From Eledone cirrhosa (Eukaryota): a stretch of 64,000 bases of DNA. A program made the translations under genes and the position numbers. Location: positions 46,934,001-46,998,000 of the forward strand of contig OZ024741.1 of assembly GCA_964016885.1 (NCBI GenBank), read 5' to 3'. Shown here in pieces: positions 41,142-55,889 of this stretch. The notes under the pieces were generated by a model, which saw only the letters and a program-made list of their open reading frames with translations, searched no databases and was not told where the DNA came from. Position 1 is the first letter of the stretch. The number at the start of each line of letters is the position of its first letter.

Positions 41142-43395
41142 AAAACAATGAGAACCTTAATTATGTTAACTTTAAATCTAACCATCCTACCAATATCAAG
41201 AATGCTATAGTTAATAATATTGGAAATAGAATATCTAACATATCTTCTAATAAAAACATCTTTGATGCTAACGCCAATTACTATAATAACGCACTTTCTA
41301 AAGCCGGCTATCCAGATAAAATCAAATATAATAAAGAAACAAATTCTAGAAAAACTTACAGTAGAATAATTAATCATAACCATTCCAATAATTTTAATAA
41401 AAGACCTAGATACAAAAACATAATCTGGTATAATGCTCCTTTCTCCATCTCTATTAATAACAATATTCCTAAATTATTTTTTTAGTGCCTTAAATAAATG
41501 CTTCCCTCCCTCACATATCTATAGTAAAATATTTAACAAACACACCATCAAATTTTCGTATTCTACATCCTCCAATATTTCCAACATCATCTCTAAACAC
41601 AACAACAAAATATTAAATACTAAATCTCTTCCTTCCAATATTGAATTTCATAATAACAGTAATAGTACTCCCGACGTCATTGTAAACCCTAGGCTAACTT
41701 CTGTAAACCCAAATACAACGTCAAACACAACTTCGCTAAATGTTCATAATGAAACTCTAAATCAAGAAACTATTATTCCTATTATTCCTATCGCAAACAA
41801 CTTCTCCAATCCAATTCCTTCTATAGATAACACTAGATCACTCATTAATAATCTCTCTAATTGCAACTGCCGCATTAAAAATAAATGTCCTCTCAACAAC
41901 CATTGCCTCGATAAAAACTTAATTTATGAATGTAAAATTATAACTAGCACCAATTCCTTCACCTATTTTGGCTCCACTTCCACCCCTTTTAAAGCTCGTC
42001 TCTATAATCATCATTCATCTTTCAAATACAAACTTAAAAGAACTAACACTGCTCTCTCAGAACTCATATGGTCCTTAAAAGACAAAAACATTAAATATAC
42101 CATCTTTTGGAAGAAGATTTCTTCTGCATCCTCATACTTGAACAGCTCTCTATCTAAAATCTGTAATCTCTGCCTAAATGAAAAATTTACCATTATCTCT
42201 AACCTAGATTCTATAATAAATAGACGCTCAGATTTGTTTTCTATCTGCCTGCATAAATTCCATAGAACTTTTCACAAAGTATACAGTTAATATTCAATTC
42301 TTTATCAATTTAGAATCTTTTCTCAAAGGCACATATACATACACCTCTTTAAAATATACCCATCTACCTTACTTTAAAGGGCATTATACACTCTATAATA
42401 CTCGTTTACTCATTACCCTCATTCTATCTTCTCGTAAAATCATAGCATTTGTTTTTGTCATTTGAATATTCATCCGCAATCATTATTATTTTTTCTCTCT
42501 ATCATAAATCTTTTTAATCTCAATTTCATCCTTAATTTATTATTATTTTTTTCTCCCCATCAACGAACTCATTATTAATACATATTAACTCTTTATTCGC
42601 ACATATCATCAATTCAATCAATATACAAACTTTAACTTCACATTATTTTTCTCAAATCCTTCTACACACAAACCTTAACAATTTTTCTCTTCGCTAATTT
42701 TGAAATTGCCACAATACATACATTTCTTCTTTTGACGTTAGAATATTCACCCACAATTATTATTTTTTTCTCTCTATCTTCATACATAATTTCCCTTCGT
42801 TAATTTTCAAATTCCTTTAATTTATACATTATCTTCCAACGGTTCCCAACCTCTCTATATTAAAACAATATATCTTTTTCTCAGTTATAAAAACTATCTC
42901 TTTCTCTCTATCACCCATCTCTCCCTCTCCACCTTCACTCTCATCTCCTCCCCCCTTTTTCATCCTTTCCACTTTCCCCTCCCTAAATAAAATATTTTTC
43001 CTCGCACATATCCTCCCTTCGTTAATTTTCAAAATTTTTAATTTATACAGTATCTTCCAACGGTTTTCAACCTCTCTATATAAAAAATATATCTCCTCTC
43101 AGTTATAAAAACTATCTCTTTCTCTCTATCACCCATCTCTCCCTCTCATCTCCTCCCCTTTCATCCTCCCCCCCCCCTCTCTAAATAAAATATTTTTCCC
43201 AATATCACATCAATCTAAAACCATTTTTCATATGTTGATTTAAAACTGCACTATCCACAAGTGTTTTTTAGCCTTCATATCATGTTCTCCTGTTTTATCT
43301 GATGAAAACACAAATATTATTGCTTGATGATGTTTGTTTTTGAAATGCGCATAATAAAATATATGGAACTCCTTTAACCATCTTTTGATCTTATA
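41142..43395 (+). mobile_element. 5'-truncated Naiad-type Penelope element, family D (thumb, GIY-YIG, 3' repeat)
   Basis: YVNFKSNHP, IIWYNAPFS, FSYST, CNCR..CPLNNHCL, LIYEC..YFGST, CNLCLNEK..INRRSD..CLHK. Frameshift in a T-run near 41480. Confidence 0.9.
43291..43361 (+). ncRNA. Type I hammerhead ribozyme, family D
   Basis: TGTTTTAT-CTGATGA-AT-rich stem II-GAAA-TGCGCA (palindrome)-TA-ATAAAATA. Confidence 0.85.
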
Positions 43396-43403
43396 TTATA
43401 TAC

Positions 43404-43536
<133 letters not shown>

Positions 43537-43541
43537 CATAC

Positions 43542-43590
<49 letters not shown>

Positions 43591-43598
43591 CATACATA

Positions 43599-43732
<134 letters not shown>

Positions 43733-43737
43733 TATAC

Positions 43738-43894
<157 letters not shown>

Positions 43895-43895
43895 C

Positions 43896-43994
<99 letters not shown>

Positions 43995-44185
43995 CATATA
44001 CATATATATACATATATATATATATATACATATATATATACATATATATACATATATATATACATATATATATACATATATACATATATATACATATATA
44101 CATACATATATACATATATATACATATATACATATATATATACATATATATATATATATACATATATATATACATATATATATAC

Positions 44186-44230
<45 letters not shown>

Positions 44231-44233
44231 CAC

Positions 44234-44270
<37 letters not shown>

Positions 44271-44313
44271 CATATATATATACATATATATATATACATA
44301 TATATATATATAC

Positions 44314-44366
<53 letters not shown>

Positions 44367-44382
44367 TATATATATACATATA

Positions 44383-45205
44383 TAGATAAATCTACCAAGA
44401 GTTTACGGTAGTGTCCAATCCGTATGAAGAACTCAATGTAATCCGGATATCATGGAAAGAAGAGATGCAATGAAAAATCACTTTCGGTGAAAGATAAACG
44501 GAATACAGAGTCAAGATAAAATATTAAAAAAATAATGAATAAAACAATGAAACAGTTCCTTATATTAAACAAAAAAAGTTCATTATTTAACGATCGTTTC
44601 TAGGATATATATGTGTTAGAATTGGCATGCATATTCAACAGATCTATGTACAAAATTATACAAAATTATACAAACTATCAAAATTAAATATACATACCAA
44701 CACATATATATGCCGTCTTCAGAAATAATGAAATATATTTATTGATAATAACAACAATTCAAAATTACAGGTCTGTTTGGGAACAGAGTTCAAATTGACC
44801 AATGGAAACACAAAAAGTTTATACAGTTAGGTGTGTGTATATATGTAAGTAACTTCGTTCACAGATATGCATAAAGATATATGTTCACATGCATACGCAT
44901 GCCAAAAAGATGTATGTAAATACAAAAATTCAAGGCTAATGTCTCTGTATGTTTATAATCTACAGATAAAATATGTATACACATATAAATATAAAAATAA
45001 ATATATACACACATTCATATACTCACACATATACGTACATTCACACACACACGCGCGCATATACGCATAAACATACACACAACCACGAACATACATACAC
45101 ACACACACCCCCACACACATATATATGTGTATATACTATTATCACAAGCATATGGACATTAATGCGCGCACATAAACACTGCCACACATATTTAGATCCA
45201 GATAA
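44383..45205 (-). mobile_element. Penelope-like terminal repeat, family F
   Basis: Contains an HHR and the bulged hairpin; sister copy at 61170-61830. Confidence 0.7.
44579..44732 (-). ncRNA. Type I hammerhead ribozyme with a 115-nt stem II
   Basis: Minus strand: TTCATTATTT-CTGAAGA-[115 nt]-GAAA-CGATCG-TT-AAATAATGAA, with a perfect 10-bp stem I. Confidence 0.8.
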
Positions 45206-45295
45206 CATATATACACATATATATATACATGTATATGTATATATATACATGTATATATATATATACATATATATATATACATATATACATGTATA

Positions 45296-45329
<34 letters not shown>

Positions 45330-45334
45330 CATAT

Positions 45335-45380
<46 letters not shown>

Positions 45381-45443
45381 ATATATATATATATATACAT
45401 GTATATATATATATATATATATACATGTATATATATATATATA

Positions 45444-45846
45444 TAAGATTAAAATACTTGAGTGCGTTGGAGTTAAACACACTCCTCGTATTAGAGAAAT
45501 GACAGTAAAGTTATAGCTCAATGTAATTCAACAGAGCCGTAAAATCATAAATATTTATTATAAATATTTATATATATTTTTATATATATTTTTTCACCAT
45601 ACTTTATTTTTATTTGATATTTTTTCTTACCCTGTCAAAAATTTATATACAATTTGTTGACCTTAAATGATACGTATGATGTAGTTTTATATATTTTTTA
45701 ATGTCAGTATATTATTCCATTGTTTTTGGTATTGTTTATGCACACCGTCAGGGTGGTTATTCTATTATAATGATTATTATATTATAACGAGTATATTTAT
45801 ATTTAAATAAGTGTTAGTATGTGTTTGTGTAAATGTGTATATACAT

Positions 45847-45891
<45 letters not shown>

Positions 45892-47985
45892 GCTTTTTAT
45901 TTCTTATTATCCATTATATTGTATTCTATATCATATTATAATTCTTACATTGTATTACCATGTTGTGTTTCATGTATTTGTCTTATACTGTACTTTCAAT
46001 GTGGGTTTGACATATTACTCGCTCTCTTGCCTTATACTCTATATTTGCAAATGCACACTTTTAGCTTTAGCATATCTTTCCATGATGTCTTTCCTAAGTT
46101 TTCATAGATATAAATTCCCCGTTCTTCTGAGTTTTGGCTTGTTCTGGCCGTTAATACTTCTTGTCTCTTTACTTGCTCTGATGAGTCCCTATTAATGGGA
46201 CGAAACACTGTCAGCTAATAAAGACTTTTGATGTATTGAAGGCTTCTTTGTTTATTTTTTATAATTTTACGGCTCTGTTGAATTACATTGAGCTATACCT
46301 TTACTGTCATTTCTCTAATACGACGAGTGTGTTTAACTCCAACGCACTCAAGTATTTTAATCTTATTACGGCCCTCGATTGGTTGAGCTTTATCCTATAT
46401 ACTGGTGTTTTGGCCTTTATATACATCTGACAGTATGCTAACAAAGAGCTACTTGCCTTTTTCTCTGAAGAATATTCCCATCCCCTCTAGAAATACTTAT
46501 GAAAAACTCTTGATTGCTAGCGTTAACTCTTTCGTACAATGGATTAGATGGCGTGCTTTCCACTTTGATAGTAATAGGAATATGATTAACCCCCGGGATA
46601 AGACTCCATTCAATAACTTTGGCTTCAAGACTTATAAAAGTCCACCGCATAATGTTCTATTAGATAGTTTTGAGAACGATTTACTTTCCCTTGTCAAAAA
46701 TATTAAATATAAGCCGCATAATAAATATGGGAACTATAATAAATTTGACAGGTTCCAGTCTAAACTTAAGAATATTGTTAAGGATTTTAAAGGGAATAAG
46801 TCTATTCTTGTCCCGGCTGACAAGACTAAGAATCTTTACTCTATGGATTATATTGCCTACCGTAATTTTATTTATAAGGAGCTACATAAAAATTACAAAA
46901 AGACAACGCAGGATAATTTAGATCAAATTAATAATGAGGGCCTCAAGATAGTTTCGGATCTGGGTCTTGATAAGTATACCCAACCATATTACCCTAGGGA
47001 ACCGAGATTCACACTTAAGGATCATAAGGTAGACTTCTTAAGTAATCCTACTGTTAGACTTATCAGTCATTCTAAGTCTGATATAGCTATAATTAGTAAG
47101 AAAATTCTTGACCTGATTAAAATGAACCTTTTCCCTAACGGTAGGTATAATCTATGGGGGAATACTATGGATGTTATTGATTGGTTCTCTGGTATTAATA
47201 AGCTTAAGTCTAGTAGGTATATCCAGTTTGATATAGACGCCTATTACACGTCAATATCACCTATCCTCCTTAATAAAGCCTTAATTATGGCCATGCAAAT
47301 GTCTAGTCTTAAGCGACCCCAGATTGATGTTATACTAGTCGCCGTAGGACTATCATCAAATTCGAGGATACACTTTGGACGCGTAAAAACACACCCAACA
47401 ACTTTGACGTTACCATGGGTTCGAGTGATTCTGCACAGGTAACTGATCTTGTTGGGCTGTACCTCTTGAACGAACTTTATGTTAGCTTTCCGCACCTTAA
47501 AGGTGGACTTTATCGTGACGATGCATTATTTGTGATAAACTCTAGTACTAATAGCATTGAACATAATAGGAAGAAGTTACATAAATTTTTTAAAAATTTT
47601 AACCTTTCAATCACGATTGATAAGAATGATAGAGCAGTTAACTTTTTAGATGTGACATTGGACTTGGTCACTAATGATTATAAACCCTTCCACAAGCCAA
47701 ATGAGACACTCTCTTACGTTAATCCTAATTCCAACCACCCTAATTCTATGATTAGTTCTATTATTAATGGTGTATCTAATAGAATCTCCACACTCTCTAA
47801 AGATACAGGAATCTTTAATTCACATGCTGAGTATTATAATGATGCCCTAGCCAACTGTGGTTACTCTGGTAGAATACATTATAAAGATGACAACCTTGGA
47901 ATGACTCTGATTACCCATAATAACGTGATATCCCATAATTTAGCCTTGAATGGGAGAAGAAAATTTAGGAATCATAGAAATTACG
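45444..47985 (+). mobile_element. Naiad-type Penelope element, family C: inverted repeat piece (45444-45550), pLTR and frameshifted RT (ATG 46435), GIY-YIG missing
   Basis: SLKNIPIP..RWRAFHF, ADKTKNLY, FDIDAYYTSI, MGSSDS, LYRDDAL. 45444-45550 is the reverse complement of 46260-46366. Confidence 0.9.
46166..46224 (+). ncRNA. Canonical minimal type I hammerhead ribozyme, family C
   Basis: GCT-CTGATGA-GTCCC tattaat GGGAC-GAAA-CACTG-TC-AGC, with distal TCTTTA/TAAAGA pairing and a GUC cleavage triplet. Confidence 0.92.
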
Positions 47986-48923
47986 CATTAACTCCCCTTG
48001 GTCACACACACACTTCCGGAATATAATATTATCACACAAAACTAAACAACATGATTTATTAATTAAGAATCGACATGATATGGTTTATAACTTGGTTATA
48101 TGCTGAACCATCGTGGATTATACGATAGACCCGTGTTTTATATATTGCGTCTCATGGATTATGTGAGTGGTGGTGTACGCGAAGACAGTGGTACTGATTT
48201 GCCTACGATATAATATGTTTTATAATATGTTTGAGATTTTTGATATTTTGGTGTTTCTCTACATTCGGGATTGTATATCAAACAGGTGTATACGAAAAAA
48301 TGATTTAATAATTCAGCCCACATAATAATATCAATTGCCTGCTTCAACTGCCTGACGCTGCAAGTAACAATCTGACGCACTCTAATCCTGTATAAATAAG
48401 ACACGCGTGCATGCTACACGTGAGATTGTTTCATACACTGACTACTCTAAACTTTCCTCTTGCTTTATCTTCATAGACTGCCAATGCTTCATTTTTATTT
48501 TTATTATTATTTTTATTTTATTTTTGTCCTTTAACCTTTATATGTAAATTGCCATGCTATATCATTTTGATGGATGTCATCCCACTGTGGGTCAATATGT
48601 GCATATGTTTTTATACGTCTCTTGTGTTGAAAAGGAGGTCAAGTATGTTATAGATCACTTAATAGTTGCTCCGAAGAATCCAAACCTCGGTTTGGAGAAA
48701 ACAATTGTAAGCAAATAAATGATTTAAACTGAACTTTGATTATTGTAATCTCTATATAACTGCTCTGTAAAACAACAGATGTTATTACATTGAGCTATTT
48801 ATCTTACTGGTAATAAGATAGTAATTAATGACTATCTTTCACTATTTGGGGTTTGTATAAAAAATATAAAACCATAAAAGGCTTTATTACATACATAACC
48901 ATAAATAGTATCCTTAATACTAT
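47985..48923 (+). mobile_element. Family B terminal repeat with HHR-like motif (48666-48714) and bulged hairpin (48762-48796)
   Basis: Matches 5061-5779 and 8896-9810. Core CCGAAGA retained, but GGAAA is mutated to GAAAA. Confidence 0.72.
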
Positions 48924-49332
48924 GTACAATACATATATATATACATACATATATATATACATAATATATATACAACATACATATATATATACATATATAT
49001 TACATACATAATATAATACATATATATATACATATATATATACATATATAAACATAATATATACATCATACATATATATAATACATATATATATATAATA
49101 CATACATATATATACATATATATATACATACATATATATATATACATATATATATATATACATATATATATACATACATATATATATACATACATATATA
49201 TATATATATACATATATATATACATACATATATATATACATACATATATATATACATACATATATATATATATACATACATATATATATATATATACATA
49301 TATACATACATATATATATATATACATACATA

Positions 49333-49484
49333 ACTAGAACTGTTTCATTCATTAGAAATCATCAGGAATCTGAATGAAACAGTTCTAGTCCTGTAGAATC
49401 TCTTCTATATTAAAACTGTTATACTCTGCTATGTATTGAGTACCTTACTTACTGTGGTTACCTCCGATTCAACCCGGAATAACG
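49333..49484. mobile_element. Tiny fold-back remnant of a further HHR-bearing family (G)
   Basis: Inverted arms ACTAGAACTGTTTCATTCA / TGAATGAAACAGTTCTAGT. HHR halves on opposite strands; bulged hairpin at 49422-49442. Confidence 0.65.
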
Positions 49485-49755
49485 TATATATACATACATA
49501 TATATATATACATACATAATAAATATATACATACATATATAAATATACATACAAATATATATACATACATATATATATACATACATACATATATACATAC
49601 ATATATATATATACATATATATATATATACAACATACATATATATATATATATACATACATACATATATAAATATATATACATACATACATATATATAAT
49701 ATACATACATACATATATATACATATATATACATATATATATACATACATATATA

Positions 49756-49793
<38 letters not shown>

Positions 49794-50193
49794 CATATAT
49801 ATATATACATACATACATATATATATATATATACATACATACATATATATATATATATACATACATACATATATATATATATATACATATATACATATAC
49901 ATATATACATATATATACATATATATATACATACATACATATATATACATATATATATACATACATACATATATACATATATATATATACATACATATAT
50001 ATATATACATACATACATACATACATATATACATATATATATATACATACATATATATATATACATACATACATACATATATATATATACATACATATAT
50101 ATATATACATACATACATACATATATATATATACATACATATATATATATACATACATACATACATATATATATATACATACATACATACATA

Positions 50194-50225
<32 letters not shown>

Positions 50226-50341
50226 CATACATACATATATATATATATACATACATACATACATATATATATATACATACATATATATATATATATACAT
50301 ACATATATATATATACATACATATATATATATACATACATA

Positions 50342-50373
<32 letters not shown>

Positions 50374-50583
50374 CATACATATATATATACATACATATAT
50401 GTATATACATACATATATATACATACATACATATATATACATACATACATATATATATACATACATACATACATATATATATATACATACATATATATAT
50501 ATACATACATACATATATATATATACATACATACATACATACATATATATACATACATACATATATATACATACATACATATA

Positions 50584-50615
<32 letters not shown>

Positions 50616-50684
50616 CATACATACATATATATATATACATACATAATATACATATATATATATACATACATATATATATATACA

Positions 50685-53600
50685 TACAGTATGCTAGGGA
50701 AAGGATCAGGGGTGTATAACACTCCACTTATCCAGCAGGCAGTATGAGGTTAGCTCAATGTCTGAGGACAGAGCCGTAATATAATAAATAACAAAGAACG
50801 CTTATAGCATATGCATATCTTTACTTGCTAACATTGTTTCATCCGCACTATAAGTGGGACTCATCAGAGCATAAAGGTTAATTACATACCATACAAGCAA
50901 TAACAAATCCAAGACATTGAAGAATGAAAGGTAATAATAGACGATAAAGGATAAGAATAAAAATAAAAGTAAAAATAAAAATAAAAATAAAAATAAGGGG
51001 TGCTATCAGTCACAGTTGGGCGGGGTGCTGTCAACATAGTTACATACAAGCATACACATGGATAAGAGAACAGACAAGAGTAGACACATGGATAAGAGAA
51101 CAGACAAGAGTAGATAAGATAATGGGATTAGGTAAGAGTAGGTAAAAAATAGGTAAAAAAATAGGTGAAAAACAGACTTATAATATATATAAAAAGAAAT
51201 ACAAAGAAATACATAACAAACTTACATATAAAATATAGGGTAAGGAATGAGATAAAATAATATAAAATTAAAAATTAAAAATTATATACATAGAACATAA
51301 TATAATATAATCGTAAAATAAGATAAAATAAGGTAAACTAAAATCAAATAACATAGACTAAATTAAAATAATATAATAAATGATATAAATAAATGTATAA
51401 TTAAATGTAATTAAATGTAATTAAATAAATAAATTATATTTGCTAAATGCCCTCTACTAAATAGAAAGTCTGAAATTTTTTCCTCTTGCCCCCACCGAAT
51501 ATTAAGCTCTTTCTTCTACTTTAAACCTGTTAGCTAGCACGTCCTTATTCCTCCAGTTGGGCTGTCTTGTGTAACTGTCTCTGACTGTGTGTAACTGTCT
51601 CCTATTGTTGGTCGTCTATGTATACGAGTCTGTGAATGTATACGTATGCCTGTGGGAGGATATTGATCTTGATATTGGGGTGTGCAGGGGAGTGTATGTT
51701 AATAAGCACCCCTGTTTGGCACAGTGGATGTAACCCATCCACGCTGGCCTACCCACCATTAGTGCATTGGTGGACCTATCCTGACGTATATCTTGTTGAT
51801 CTGTACCTCTGTATGCGCATGAGTTGTGATGTAATGTATTTATGTAAAGCGTGTACTGCGATTTAGGCTGCACTAGTAGAAATTTAGCCTGTAACTGTGG
51901 GCGGACCCGTGCCATCCTGCCGTAAGCAGTGGATACGTGGCGCATATACATGTTGCCCTCATATTCTGTGGTTCAAGATCTACAGGCTCTGACCTCTGGG
52001 AGCTCTTACCCGGGTTGTAGTCTTTCTAGCACGATCGGCCTTCCATATATTGACGGTCGTTTTTATGATCCCGAAAGTAACGTTTTGGCCCCGATGGCCC
52101 CCCGTAGTTACTAACGGTCTGTGTACACTCGAATCGGTCAATGGCACGTGCAGACATGAATATCTCCGTAGGATTTCAACTTTATTTTTCTACATCTCAT
52201 CGTATGTATTTGTTTTGAATATATTACCTGTGGTGGTGGGTCTGGTCTAATGTGGTATTTCGGTGTTTAATATCGTATTTAATATCGGCTTTGACCCGTG
52301 TGTCCTACGCTGTGTGTGTGTGCGTGTGTGTCCGTGTATACATTTATATGTGTATGTGTGTAGGTGGTTATATGTGTCTGTATATATAAAAAAATATATA
52401 TATATATATGTATACCGTCTCTGCATATGCATGTGGTGTGTATACGTGCATATACGTGCTGAACATATTGATGTGTACAATCTTGTGATGTCCCAATGCG
52501 GTGACTTAATGGCTCTTGAAGCTATTTTTTATATATCTTCTGTCTTTTTATATATATTTTGTATGCGCTACAACTGTGTCTGCTTGCTTTAAACCCGCCT
52601 CACCTTGCTTGCTAATGCACGTGAATTCTTCTACCTCCTTCGATGCACCTCTCTCTGACCATTGGACTCCTGCCCGTGTGTGAACGGTTTGTGATTACCC
52701 CACCGCTCAACTGTGTGAATGCACACCCATGACTTTTGAGTGAACTTTCGAGACTGCCCAACCTGGGACGCCTCCATTGCCTTGCAATGGTCAAGTGATA
52801 CTGGTGACTGTGACACTTAGTGCCTTCGTGGGCCCCTGATGTTTTCAAGAAATATATTTTAAAAAATTGGTCAAGTGATACACATAACTGTGACACTTAG
52901 TGCCTTCGTGGGCCCCTGATATATTCAAGAGATATATTCTAAAAAAATATATATCTTATCTCAATTTACTTTATTTCATTTTATTTTATTTCATTTCATG
53001 TTATCTAATTTTATTTATTACTTACTTGACTCCATTTATTTATTTATTTATTTATTTAAATTTAAATTTTAATTTTAATTTTAAAATTTAAATTTAAATT
53101 TTATTTATTTATTTAATTCTTAATTTTTATTTATTTATTTATTTATTTATTTAATTACATTTAATTACATTTAATTATACATTTAATTATATCTTATATT
53201 ATATTATTTTAATTTAGTCTATGTTATTTGATTTTAGTTTACCTTATTTTATCTTATTTTACGATTATATTATATTATGTTCTATGTATATAATTTTTAA
53301 TTTTTAATTTTATATTATTTTATCTCATTCCTTACCCTATATTTTATATGTAAGTTTGTTATGTATTTCTTTGTATTTCTTTTTATATATATTATAAGTC
53401 TGTTTTTCACCTATTTCTTACCTATTTTTTACCTACTCTTACCTAATCCCATTATCTTATCTACTCTTGTCTGTTCTCTTATCCATGTGTCTACTCTTGT
53501 CTGTTCTCTTATCCATGTGTATGCTTGTATGTAACTATGTTGACAGCACCCCGCCCAACTGTGACTGATAGCACCCCTTATTTTTATTTTTATTTTTATT

Positions 53601-53797
53601 TTTACTTTTATTTTTATTCTTATCCTTTATCGTCTATTATTACCTTTCATTCTTCAATGTCTTGGATTTGTTATTGCTTGTATGGTATGTAATTAACCTT
53701 TATGCTCTGATGAGTCCCACTTATAGTGCGGATGAAACAATGTTAGCAAGTAAAGATATGCATATGCTATAAGCGTTCTTTGTTATTTATTATATTA
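50685..53797. mobile_element. Second family A insertion: inverted pLTR (about 50685-51432, -) joined to a 5'-truncated 3' part (about 51434-53797, +)
   Basis: 51434 onward matches 29239 onward. HHRs at 50819-50876 (-) and 53698-53755 (+). Confidence 0.9.
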
Positions 53798-53926
53798 TAT
53801 ATATACATACATACATATATACATACATACATATATACATACATATATATATACATACATAATATATATATATATACATACATATATAATATACATACAT
53901 ACATATACATATATATATATACATAC

Positions 53927-53961
<35 letters not shown>

Positions 53962-54326
53962 CATACATATATATATATATACATACATATATATATACAT
54001 ATATAATACATACATATATAATACTATATATATACATACCATATATATATATATATATACATACATATATATATATATATACATACATATATATATATAT
54101 ATATATACATACATATATATATATATATATACATACATATATATATATATATATACATACATATATATATACATATATATATAAATATATATACATACAA
54201 TATTATATACATATATAATATATATATATACATACATATATATATATATATATACATACATATATATATATATACATACATACATAATATATATATATAT
54301 ATACATACATACATATATATATATAT

Positions 54327-54359
<33 letters not shown>

Positions 54360-54559
54360 CATACATTATATATATATATATATACATACATATATATATA
54401 TATATACATACATACATATATATATATATAATATATACATACATATATATATATATATATACATACATAATATATATATATATATATATATACATACATA
54501 TATATATATATATACATACATACATATATATATATATATACATACATATATATATATAT

Positions 54560-54590
<31 letters not shown>

Positions 54591-54595
54591 CATAC

Positions 54596-54632
<37 letters not shown>

Positions 54633-54690
54633 CATACATATATATATATATATTTATACATACATATATATATATATATATACATACATA

Positions 54691-54728
<38 letters not shown>

Positions 54729-54736
54729 CATACATA

Positions 54737-54774
<38 letters not shown>

Positions 54775-55458
54775 CATACATATATATATATATAAAAGCT
54801 AAACAGAAAGAATGAGTGGAACAACAACAACAACCCAAACAAACAACACTGACCTAAGAGAAGTATAAATAAGTAAATAAAATAAAATAAAATAAGATAA
54901 ATAAATACATACACAAGCACATAAACACACACTAGTCACCCAGCAGACACAACACTATACACACTAGTCACACATCACACTATACACACACGCAAACGCA
55001 TGCGCAAAGAAGACAAAATAAAATAAGATAAACAAACAAGCAAATAAATAAATAAATATATAGACAGACTGAACAAAAAAAAAAAATGCGTAGACATACA
55101 ACACAACAGGAGGAACAATGAATATAACACCACTGACGATGTTGCAGATGTGCAACGAAAGATTTATGTAAATTATGTAAACTATATATATGTGTTTGTG
55201 TCTATATTGTATCTGTAATATTTTTGACCGCCGGTCAGTCAATGGCAACATTGAGGACCGAGCAAGTTAGATCGCAGATATATATATATAAAAGACAGCG
55301 AGAAGCGAAAACCAACCAAACAGTGTGAGTGTTCTGTTATTAATTCTGGCAATATTACGCAAATATGACCCTCCCCCAAATATAACAATAAATATATATA
55401 TATATATGTGTATATATATATATATATATATAATATATATATATATATGTATAGTATA

Positions 55459-55519
<61 letters not shown>

Positions 55520-55564
55520 GTATAAATATATAATACATATATATGTATATATATAATATACATA

Positions 55565-55614
<50 letters not shown>

Positions 55615-55646
55615 CATAATATATATATATACACATATATATATAC

Positions 55647-55719
<73 letters not shown>

Positions 55720-55777
55720 CATATAATATATACATATATATATATATACATATATATATATACATATATATATATAC

Positions 55778-55811
<34 letters not shown>

Positions 55812-55889
55812 CATATTATAGATATCTATACATATATATATATTAATATATATATATATACATATACATATATATATATATATATATAT

